A program made the position numbers and the translations under genes. From positions 6,512,001-6,576,000 of the forward strand of contig CM052832.1 of the NCBI GenBank assembly GCA_028534125.1: a stretch of 64,000 nt of DNA, written 5' to 3'. The notes below the pieces were generated by a model. It saw only the letters and a list, made by a program, of their open reading frames with translations. It ran no database searches and was not told where the DNA came from. The stretch is from Lama glama (taxonomy: Eukaryota). Below are positions 35,101 to 47,100 of the stretch, in pieces; position 1 is the first letter of the stretch; the number at the start of each line of letters is the position of its first letter.

Positions 35101-38100
35101 TTGTGACCAGTTTGGTGTGTGTGTTTGTGAGAGAGGGAGAGAGGGAACTGAGGGAGGACCTGAAGAAGAGAGATGGATTATTTCCATTTTGTTCTCATTT
35201 TGAGGAACAAAGGAGCGGGGGAGAACGTGGCAATGAAGCGAAGCGTTTACTTCGAGCCTTTTGTCCCGTGTGCAGCTTACTGCTATCACACTGACTGCCA
35301 CAGCAAGGGACCCTGCTACATGGTCAGGTGTGACCTGGGTCAGACTCAGACACTGTCCTATCTCCCCGGGGCAAAAGCAGGTGTGGTCAAAAAGCACTTC
35401 TCAGAGTTGGCACAGATAAAATTTATGAAAAGATTTGAATGCAAAGTAACACGTGACTTTTTAATCTGTTGGCAGCTGGTCTACAATGGTGATGGCCAGA
35501 AAAGATTAAAAAGCTCTTAGTCAGTTTGCTTTACTGGACTTAACGCAGCAGTGGGTCCCCAGGCTAGTTTCCCATCCTCCTGCAACTGCCAACAGCCAGA
35601 GCAAACACAGACTAGACCAAGCAAGTCCTGAGCCCCGTTTCATGTTCTGGAGCTTTCCTGGACACCGCAGTCATTCAATGCCAGTGCTTTAAGACTTTTG
35701 CAAACATTTATTTGCAAAAGATCCTAAAATGCTGCTGCCTTGCCCCCTCATTTTTCCTTGTGGACTAATGAGTTTGAAGGTAGACTGCTTGTGAAATTCT
35801 GGCTGAAAATGAAGAAGACATTTTGGGGAAATAGTTAAAATTCCATAAGCATTGCCCCTTGTATGCTGTGACCTGTAACTCCTAAAGTGCTTTCAAATTA
35901 ATTTATACACATATTCTTTTCTTTCACCTAGAAAATGGTCAAAATCCAAAAAGTGGCTTCTAGCGCTTTTTGAGAAAAACATTCCAGACATAAAAACACA
36001 CAAATCTGCAAAAGACAATTCCCTGGTAAGTATTCCTTCGCTTTTTTTTTTGCTAAAATACATGAGATGAAAACAGTAATAAATGACAATCGTTAAAGAA
36101 GTGTTTTTGCTGAAAATCATGAGATGAGTTGGATACCGTTTTTGTTCCAGGCACTGACTGTGTTGGACAGTTTGCATACATTATTTTATTTTTCCATCCT
36201 CACAACAGTGAGGTAGGTGTTGACTCTATTCTACATAAGAAAACGCTGAGGATACAGGCAACAAAATAAAAAATAGTCTGAGGGATTTTTTTAATTGATT
36301 TTTAAAATTGATACGTTACACAGCGGTTGTGTCAGCAGCGACAGGTGGAGTTCCGGCAAATTAGGCTCGACAGAGTTTACTTTGTTCTTGAGGTCAGCAT
36401 CGCTAATTCTTTCTTTCTTCAAATGCAAGGACTCAGTGTGATATAATTTAGAAAGCAAGCTGAGGGGAGGGTATAGCTCAAGTGGTAGAGTGCATGCTTA
36501 GCATGAACAAGGTCCTGGGTTCAACCTCCAGTGCCTCCCCTAAAAGTAAGTAAACTTAATTACCTCCTCCCCCCCAAAAAATTTCTTTTAATTAAAAAAA
36601 ATAATAAAAAGCAATGCAACAGATAAGCACTACTATATATAAAATAGATAAACAACAAGGACCTACTGTATAGCACAAGGAACTATATTCAATATCATGT
36701 AATAACCTATAATGGAAAAGAATCTGAAAAAGAATATGCATATATATGTAAAACTGAATCACTCTGCAGGACACCTTAAACTAACACATTATAAATCAAC
36801 TACAATATAATTGGTGGCCATGTTACAAGAAAAAAAAAAAAAAGCAAGGCACTGAGAGTCAGGGTCCTAAGTGTCCCAGATCTGTGGTTCTCCATCATTG
36901 GTCCCCTAGACCAGTGGTACCCATGTCACCTGGGAACCACTCAGTCAGAAACCCTGGGAGCCCAGCCATCTGTGGTGTCATACGCCTTCCAGGTGGTTCT
37001 GCTGCTTGCTAATGAGTGGTCCTCAGCTCTGTCTGCTTATTAGACTATCTGAGTGCTTCTGAAAACTACGTGATGCTTCAGACTCACCCTCAGGGACTGG
37101 GATTCGTTTGGCCTGGGCTGCCCAGGCTCACATCCAGTCACCACGGCGTGACCTCGGGCTTGGTACCCAACCTCTGGGCCTCATTTTCATCACCTACCTC
37201 GTAGAGTTGTGGGATTCAAAGAGTTAACATTTGTAAAGCGCTTAGAACATAGTAAGGACACTCTCAGAATTTGTCATCGTTACTCTCACTGAAAAAAAAT
37301 CACTTCATGTCTTTCAGTATTTAAAGATGGTATCAAACGTATTTGTTTGTTTGCTTTTAGTTACGATAGCAAGTGTTGTCACAAACCACTCTGCTTAACC
37401 CTGGAAAGGAGGATAACTTTAGGGAAAAAGGAATGTGTGGGTGTTTCAGGCTCTCCCTCCCGAATGAAGGCAGTAGGTAGCTATGCTGGAGTGCCTTTCA
37501 CTGACACACTGTCTCCACTCAGGATTCTGTTTTACAGACACGTCCAGACAAACACACATTTTTGTTTGCATTATTTTTCAGGATTTAGGGGTGAAGCCAC
37601 ATGTGTATAAAAGCTGCCCCTAAATAGATCTGTAGCCTATGAGCCTAGAAAATAGGGTTTTTAATGCCCCAGTTACAACTCCCCACCGACAGTATTTCTC
37701 ACATAGCATTTATTTTTCTTACTCGGAAGAAATGAGGCACTTTAATCATGTGCTCTAACTCCCTATTGGAATAAAGACAAAATTTGAAATTTGCTGTAAC
37801 TCATCCAATGTTTGTGACTGGGGCAGAGTTCAGTCTGAATACTCATGAGCTGCGTAACTTCATTTTTTTTTTTAATGTTTTGTTCCTGTTTTCCTCTAGC
37901 AGTGTTCACACAGAGTTTATGTTTTTATACCCACATTAAAAAAAAAGTGAGCTAAGAAAATAAAAGATTCTGTTGTCTTTCACTGCCTAAGTAGATTTCA
38001 ATGGCCTGGTTAAGCAAAAAGACCAGAAGATGGGTTTTTTTTGTCTTTTAAAAAATATTATACACACATTTTATCACATCATAATTTTATCACCTTTTAA

Positions 38101-41100
38101 CATAAACGATTTCTCCCATGTTACCCTAGATGTATATTCAACTAGTAGTTTCATTTCAAATTAATACTACACTGCAGAATAGCACATCAGAAGAATGAAA
38201 TACATTTATAGGATTTTTCATGAGATATAAGCTTTGTGCCTTAAATTGTAAGCGTGATAGAAACCAGGAGTAAATTAAATTTATACCCAAATTATTTTCA
38301 AATCTGCTAATCCATTATGACAAAAACAGTCACAATAAGACGGCCCTAAGGCTTATGAGGCGCTCACTCTGTGCTAGGCCCAGTGGTTACACATTTCACA
38401 AATTCATGGCTCACTTATTTTTCGCAACCACTTGAATACCCAGAAAGCTGGGGATTATTAAAACCAGAAAGCTGGGGATTAGAGCGATTAATCACTCTGG
38501 GAACATTACATGCCCTTGTAAGTAACAGCAACAGTCTCTCATCATACCTTTTCTTTGGTTGTGATGTATTAGTTATTTTCCGTATTGCAGGGTCTGAAGC
38601 AAAACCCCTGCATTCTGGTGCAGTGCAGCTCTCTTAATCCCTGCTCCGTGGGAGTTAAGGGCTGTGTCTCTAAGGGGCAGAACAGCTGAGAGTGTGGGCT
38701 GGAGCCCGGGCCAGGCTCACGGGGTTCGGATCCCAGCCCGCCCACTGACAAGCTACGTGCCCCTAGCAAAGTCCCCTGACTTAGTTGTGCTTCAACTTCC
38801 TCAGACGTAAAATGTCAAGGAAAGTAGAGCCACTCCTTGGAGTTGCGGTGAGGACCGAATACTTGAATACTTGCAAAGCACTTCAAACACTGCTTGGCCT
38901 CGAAAGCAGTGACTGGACATTAGCTACCATTATTTCTGTTGCCTAACGCGAGTCAGTTAAGATTCAAAGTGCACGAGTCACTTAATGAAAATGTTACGGT
39001 GTCTGAATTTCTGCCTCGTGGTGGGGATGACCGTTGGCAAAGGCAAATCTGGGAAACCTTTCAATGAAGGAACTGCTTCCAAGGAATCTGTGTCATGACC
39101 TGAAAGCAACTACAGTAGGTGGCCTCGGATGGGGCCCTGATCTGACCTGGGACCATCCACGTCACACGTCAGTGCTCTGCGTGGGTTTAGCGTGTCGCCG
39201 TATTTATAATGTACCGGCTTGGTGGCTCCCTTACCCATGATGTGCAGGCTGAGAATTTGCGTGGCAGGTGAGGGGTGGGGTTTTCTCCTGAATGCTTCAG
39301 AAATCTGTTTCCATGTTGCTTCCATTTTCTTAGAGTGGAGGTTTATTTATCCAAAAGAAATTTTTTTAAAGATAACATTTGTCAAAATCGTAATATGTAC
39401 TCAGTTTAAGTATCTTACAGGTAGTAACTCATTTAAATCTTACAACAGTCCTCTGAGGTGGGTACTATATTACGACCACTCGGTAGAGGAGGAAATTGAG
39501 ACACAGAGAGCTTAAAGTTAACTTGCCCAGGGTTACCTGGCTTGTGAACGACTAGGCCAGTTTCCAGTTTGACATCTTGGAAGTTGCCACTTCATCCTCA
39601 CACCAAGCAAAAATCTAAACAGACCGAGAAATCAGCAACTCTTCTTGGACAGAGAGGACAGAGGGCAACCCGCTGCCCCCAAGACTGGAGACACCAACAG
39701 GCAAATACAGGGAGCTGACACTTCCCAGGGCAGAGACGGGAGGGTGGAGACGGCCATGGGAACCTGCACCAGGGCAGGAAGACCCGAGCCGCAATCGTCC
39801 TCACTGTGGATGATTCTCAGAGTTAAAAACTCCACAGGACACAGTCATGGGGGGGCCTGCACAGTCTTTGAAACTTCCCTGCGGGAGCTGGGCCAGGTTC
39901 CCACAGTAAGTATCAGAGAAAAATCTCCTTGGGCTTCCCACCGGGGGCGGGGAAAAGGAACAAGTCTGAACACCAGAGCACTCCCTTCTTCTTAATCAGT
40001 CCTGCCCGCAGCGGAAACTAAACAGAGCTTAACCCGCTGGAGAATTATCAGAGCCTAACTAACCCGGGTAAGGGAAGTGCCCAACTGCAGCCACCTCCAG
40101 CCATCCAGTCCCACCTACGTGGGGAGAAAAAAACCTGAGAAACACTTGTGCAGTTCACAGTCCGGAGGCACAGGCTCACAAAAAGACAGTGCTAATCACA
40201 GGGCTATTGAATACTTCCCTCCCCTCACACCTCACCCCCACATCTCTGAAGACCTATTTATAGCAGTTCCTTTTACCCAGCACTTGGCAGGCTATCAAGA
40301 GAAAATTACAAGGCGTACCATAAGGCAAAACAAAACAGCAACAACAACAACAGGATTTGAAGAGACAAAGCAAGCACCAGAACCATATATGGCAGGGATG
40401 CTGGAGGGAGCAGACTGGGACTTTAAAACAGTTACGATTCATATGCTAATTACTCACATGGATAAAGTAGACAGCACACAAGGACAGGTGGACAGTGTAA
40501 GCAGAGAGCTGGGAATCCTAAGAAAGAACCAAAATGAAGTGCTAAATAGAGATAAAAAGAAACACACGGCAGAAATGAAGCATGCCCTTCATGGGCTTAT
40601 TAGTAGACTGGACACAGCTGAGGAAAGATTCGCTGCGAGAGGATGTGTTAGTGGGATCCTTGAAAAGAAAAAAGCAAAGAGAACAAAGACTGATTAAAAA
40701 AAAAACCGTACAGAAAGTGGTTACCTAACTACATCAGTAATCACTTTGAATGTCAGTAATCACTTTGAATGATCTAAATGCACTAATTAAAAGACAGATT
40801 GTCAGAGTGGATTAAAAATACTGACTATATGTTGTCTACAAGAAACTCACTTTCAATATAAAGACACTTTAATATAGATTAAAAGTAAATGGATGTAGAA
40901 AAAATATACCATGTGAACACCAGTCAAAAGAAAGTCGAAGCAGCTACATTACTTTCAGACGGAGCAGACAAAACCATGGAGAATGTGAAAACATCAGTGG
41001 TTGTTAGGGACGGTGGAGAGATGAACATGCAGAACCCAGAGGACTTTTTAGGACCATGGAAATACTCCATATGATATTGAAATGATCGTAGATGTCATCA

Positions 41101-44100
41101 CGCATTGTCCAAACACATAGGTGTGAACTCCAAGGTAAACTGTGGACTTTAGATGACTATGATGTATCAATGCAGTTTCATCCTCGGTTAAAAAAAAAAA
41201 AAGCACCATTCTAGGGAGTGATATTGTTGGTAGGGATGGCTGTGCATATGTTGGGGTAAGGGTTATATGGCAAATCTCTGTACTTCCCCCTCAATTTTAT
41301 TGTTAAACCTAAAACTGCTCTGAAAAATAGTCTTTAAAGAAAAAACGAAGCCAGGATTTGAACCAATGCAGGAAGAGCAATGAGCTCCGGTGACCCTACT
41401 CCTAATTTCTACACAACCAGTTAAATATGCAAATCCTTTAGCATGCCTGAACTGGCAATCGTAAGAATGGCAAAAATATAATGTCTTTCTGATGAAAGAA
41501 AAATGCATGGTCTTTGTTTATTAACTTCAGTCTTTATCACAGAGCCCTGGTCTGACAATATTTATTTCTTTCAAGCAGACAGTAATGCAGGCGATGCTGG
41601 ATGTCTTAGAGATGGAAACAAATGAACAAAAGGGTCCCAACTATGGGCTGTTACTACTTTGGGCCTCTCTGTCCAATTCTGTCCCTGTAAGTATATTAGT
41701 AAAGGAAGGGTTGCATTTCTGTCTACTGTACTTTCAGGGTTTCCCTTCATTTTTCTTTATTTTTTTTTCAATCTTTTCACTCATTATGGGGAAGAAAAAG
41801 ACATAATAGATTTGGTCTTCAGATAGAATAACAAAACCGAATGCCTAATAAGATCTGATAAGATCACATGGGAGGTGAGCAGACAGCTGGAGTGTATTCT
41901 GTCCTCTGGAAGGCAGCATGTCACGGGCAAAGGGAAGAGTTTGCACTTTGGGGTCAGTTGCCACAACAGTTGTGTATGGAACACCCTCTGTGTTAGGCAA
42001 CATGCTAAGTCCCGGTGTTGCAAAGACGAGTAAGTCTTGACCCCAGCCATTTATTGGAGATAGAGTAGGCAAACGGATATCCGCTTCAGGAAGAACTGGG
42101 CTTTGAATGCAGATATCCCCAGCCATCACCATAGAGTCTCATGGAGGCAACTGAAACTCTCTGAGCCCCCACTTCCTTATTGGTTAAAAAAAGGGGGGAA
42201 TAATACAAACTTAGTATGTCCTAGACTTGGGTACTTAATAAGCGGTGAGCCTCACTTTCCTACGAGGTGGTTGTGAGGGTTCAAGGAAATAAACCTGGCT
42301 GCTCCCCAGTGAATGTGAGTTTTTGTCTTCCGCTTGACCCAGTCTCCCTCTGGGCGCCATTCCTGTTTGGATTACTTGGCATCGTGGTCCTGGAACCTAC
42401 CCCGTGCATGGAGCTGGTGACACTGGAACTCACAACACTCCTAAAGAGAGTAGAGATTTTTGAGCCCTTTCTTTTGAAAGCTGTCACGAACGAGAGTGAA
42501 GCCCTGAGATTCGTCTGGCGCTTCGTGCTCCGTGCACGCTGCTTTCTTGCGTCAGGAGGGTCTCACATTCACTTAAGAGGCACTAATATTATTTGAGAAA
42601 TTAAAGGGTAACCTTTTCATTTATTTGTTTTGTAGTAAACCAGAACATTCAACCCATCTCTAATGATAAATGTGGCTATTTTTCTTTTTTTTTTTCCCTA
42701 ACAAATAGAAATAAGATGTGTGAAGTGTTATTTATTTCTCCTTCCTCTTGCGAAGCTTGTGGAAAGCTTTCTAAGTACAGATATTCTCGTTTCCTTTAAC
42801 CCATTACAAACTAATTGAGTAAAGAGAGAAAACAGAAAATCCTGGCTTCCCTGCTCAAATGCATGTCAGCCACTAAAATAAGTATTTCATTTGGCGTGGG
42901 CAAGTAAAAATGGTCCAATCTTTTCCCCTAATACTATTCTCTGATTTTTTTTCTTATACGATTTTCTTGGAAACTGATTAAGCAATAGCAAAATTAAAAA
43001 GAAAAAAAACAAAAAAACAAACAAAAAAAACCAACCTCCCAAAGCAGGAACAAAACAGCCACTCCTGTCACAGGATTAATTCTCAAGATCTCATGAGAAA
43101 GGGACACAAAGCCCCGTTGATCTGACCTAGGGGAAATCGGTTCTTTGGAATTTGTTCCTGGCACTGGTGTGAAAGAATCTAAATCATTAATTTCAGAAGG
43201 GATGTAGTGTCTGATGATTAGCAACAGTTTCATCTTGCTGGCTCTTCCTGACCCTTTACAGAGGCAGCTGGTGTGCGGGCAGAGATCCTGGAATGGCTTT
43301 AGAGTCAGGTCCAAAGCCACATCCCAGCACTGGGTGACACTGGGCCAACTGTTTACCTATGAGCCTCAGTGTCCTTATCTATAAAACAGGATTAATGTTA
43401 CCTACTTCGTAGGATATTGTGAACATTTTGTACATATATATACGTATTTTTTTTTAAGAGAAGCAAGCCTTTACTTCCTTGTTTCACAAATAAAACTGAG
43501 TTGGCTGCAGCATTATATTCTTTAGAAGTGGAAACAGTCCCTAGTACAAAGTAGGTACTCAGTAAGTATTTGCTTTCCTTTCTTATAAAAAAGTTACACC
43601 ATGGTTTCAATCAGAAATTACTCTCAGTGGCCCACTAATAGAAAACTGCCTTGGCTTCCAAAACCTGACCTCTCAAGTGCCCAGGGGTGGGAGTGGCCAC
43701 TGCTGTCCCCACTCCTGTGACCTCCCATTGCCGTCCAGAGAGCGGCTGGACGCCCTGCCAGAGTGCAGGTGTTGGGGCTGTCCTGTCCTGTGTGTAAGTC
43801 ACGTTCCTCTCCTTTCTTCCGCCCTGTCCTCTGTCTCAGGGCCCATGGAACTCAGAGCTCAGGCTTCAGACAGGCCTGGAACAGGGCGCCAGGAGGCTCT
43901 ATTACGAGACCAAAGTCGGAGAACTTCAGTGGACCGACCCAAGATACTAACCATGATTTATGAAATTATTTCCATGGGAAAACCATTTCCAAGTTCCAAG
44001 ACATTCCTGACTGCCAAATGAACCTTTAAAGAACATTTCCCCCAAAACTAATCTCAGAACTGATGTTTTACCGTTTTTAAACACTCTTGAGTCGTGACTG

Positions 44101-47100
44101 CCTCCCCCTTACCCCCACCCCACCCTCAGCTCCCCCGTCCCCCCCACAGCATTTCTTGTCTGTACCATCAGTTGCCTGTACATTTAGCTCTTTTTCCTCC
44201 TGTGTCGGTCTCATGTCCCCAGTTAGATGTGAAGGTTCTTTGTACAGGTTGGATGTCTCATACAAATTTGTGTTTACATTGGCTGGTAGAAGACTATCTG
44301 GCCTGTGAATAAAGACTCCATCAATATTTGTTAAACCCTCTTTTGAATAAAAGATGCTGGGGGGCGTACTCAGTTCATCTTCTCCCTGACTCAGCCCACA
44401 GGGCTTTCTTCCCCATCTCCTCTCACCTTTGTTCTTACCTCTCCAAGGCCATGGAAAGACACTGTGGTGGCTGCTTCTGGTCAGTGAGCCAGGTGGCCCT
44501 TCTCCTCTTTGCCCAGCCCTCACCGTGGTCTTGAGCCCACTGGCAAGATACTAATTGGTACTCATGGGAGCCATTTTTAACTCTTTTCCCAGATGTGATG
44601 AGCAAAGACCCCAAGGTCCCATATTCTTATTTGTTGATTCAGTGATGTACATAAACTTCTTGTTTACTCTTTCCTCTTTTATATGCCTATTCCTTTCAAA
44701 AGAGTCATTCTTTTCATTAGAAAAAATTTTAAGTAGAAAATAATATAGATTTTTAGAAGAGAAATCTGTAAAGGAGGCATCAGAACAATAACTAACACCA
44801 TTGGGCGGTCATTTACAGTTTAGCTGACTTCCTTGAGTTTGCCATAAAAATACGCATTTCCCAATTTTAGTGAATCTCTAAAACTCTAATCAAACATGTG
44901 AAACTCCGAGCCCCTCTTTTGTGTAACTGAAAATCTGTGTACTGTCACCAAGATTTATTTTTCCCACGCATGAGCTCATGACTCTAAATAAGATGGATTG
45001 AGCGTGGAGTGGTTATTAATTAAAGTCAACAACTCAGCACTTCTGCCTGTAGATGCTATAGAAAGAGCCCGAGAGGGGAGACTAGGGGGAGAGAGCTCTC
45101 GGAGCATGTTTCCTCAGCAGAAATGAATTAGATGGTCTCTAGGTTTAGTCTTTCCTAATATGGATGCCAGAGAGAGTGGGTCTCAGGACCATGGAGGCGC
45201 TGGTGCTGCCGTTCACTTAATTCATGTAAATGGCACCATGCTTATCCCTGCCGTATCAGTTTAAGGTCACCAGGAGGAAAACACTGAACACTACTGAATT
45301 TGCCTCTGTCCACGCACTTCCTTACGGGCGACTGCTCTTCCTCTTTTGACCACAGGGGGGAGCGCTGAGATTATTTAAAGTACTTAACGTTCCCTCCCCA
45401 AAGCGAAGAAGGCAAGTTACACCAAAAATGTTGGCTGAGCCTCTTCAGAACTGATTTTCTTAGATGAAATTTCTCTCACAATACATGTTTACAGAAGGAA
45501 AAATGAAAGGGAAACCCAAGCTTCTTTTAATGATTTAATACATGTTGCCTTTAATGTGTAACCTAAAAGTAGAAGCAAAAACATCTGAGTTAGTGGAAAG
45601 TTAATTTCTTTTTAAGGAAGGATAGTTTGTTGACAATCCTGTGTTAGTCTCAGATGCACAGCATAGAGATTCAGTATTTTTGCAGATTATACCCCATTGT
45701 AGGTTATTCCAAGATACTGTATATAATTCCCTGGGCTGTATATACAGTATATCCTTGATGCTTATCTATTTTTTTTTTAATATAGGAGTTTGTTATCTGT
45801 TAATCCCAGACCCCTAATTTGTCCCTCCCCTCTTCTCTCCCCGTTTGGTAACCACAAGTTTGTTTTCTGGATCAGAGTCTGTTTCTGTTTTGCTTGTCCA
45901 TTCATTTGTATTATTCTTCAGGCTCCACACATTTGTATTATTCTTCAGGCTCCACATGTAAGTGACATCACATAGTGTTTGTTTTTCTGTGTCTGACTTA
46001 TTTCACTCAGCATAATATTCTCTAAGTTTATTCATGTTGCTGCAAATGGCAGTATTTCATTCTTTTGTGGTTGAGTAATATTCCATTTTACACACACACA
46101 CCACATCTTCTTAATCCAATCATATGTTGTCGGGTGCTTGGGTTGCTTCCAAGTCTTAATTATTATAAGTAGTGCTGCTGTGAATATTGGGGTGCATGTA
46201 TCTTTTCAAATTAATGTTTTTGTGTTTTTTGAATATATACCCAGGAGGGGAATTGCTGGATCATGTGGTAATTCTGTTTCTAGTTTTTAAAGGAGCCTCC
46301 ATACTGTTCTCCACAGTGGCTGCACCAACAGTTTACAGGGTTTATATTCCCTTGTGAGGGAATTTATATTCCCACCAACAGTGTAGGAGGGTTCCCTTTT
46401 CTCCACATCCTCACCAGCACTTGTTATTTGTAGACTTTTTGATGATGGCCACTCTAACTGGTATGAGGTGATACTTCATTGTAGTTTTGATTTGCATTTC
46501 TCCAATAATTAGTGATCTTGAGCATCTTTTCATGTGTCTGTTGGCCATCTGGATGTCTTTGATGTGTAGCAGTATAATTTTATCTTATAATACAACAATG
46601 AGGAAAGATAGGAAATAATTCTGATTGGTCTAGAGCGAGAACTTGAACACATGCTCTGTTCAGTGATACCCTGGGAACTTGCAAGCTTGTCCAGTTGGGT
46701 GTGAAAGGACCCTATTTTTGATATTGAGTACTCTTATAATTGAGCTTATGAGATTTTAGGGATAGTTTCTGGGAATTATTTAAAATTGCCATGTTTCATA
46801 TGCAGAATATATGATTTGTTGGTTTATTTGTATTGTGAGGAAATTAAATGTTGAAAATATCTTGGTTTTGGATTAACATTCCTACGTGTCATAATTTGTT
46901 GTTTCTAAATATCTACTGTGTGCCTGTGTAACATTTTATATTGCGTATTAGTAAAATTAAAAAATCCTGCTTTCCCCATTTTTAGTGAAGATAGTTTAAT
47001 CTATAAAAACAATATGGTGAAACTATAGTAACAGAATAAAATTATAAATTTGACTCCTTGGAGATAACATCTCTTTTGTTCATAAAATCTACTTGTTTTC

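Noticed and set aside
36464..36540. Possible tRNA-Ala gene
   Set aside because: Stems are degenerate and it continues into a SINE body with A-rich tail and TSD
40077..40697. 206-aa ORF as a domesticated L1 ORF1 gene
   Set aside because: Starts at GTG, covers only the ORF1 N-terminal part and loses similarity near its end; consistent with a decaying L1
45347..45367. CTCF-like TGACCACAGGGGGGAGCGCT
   Set aside because: Spacing and core positions deviate from the consensus
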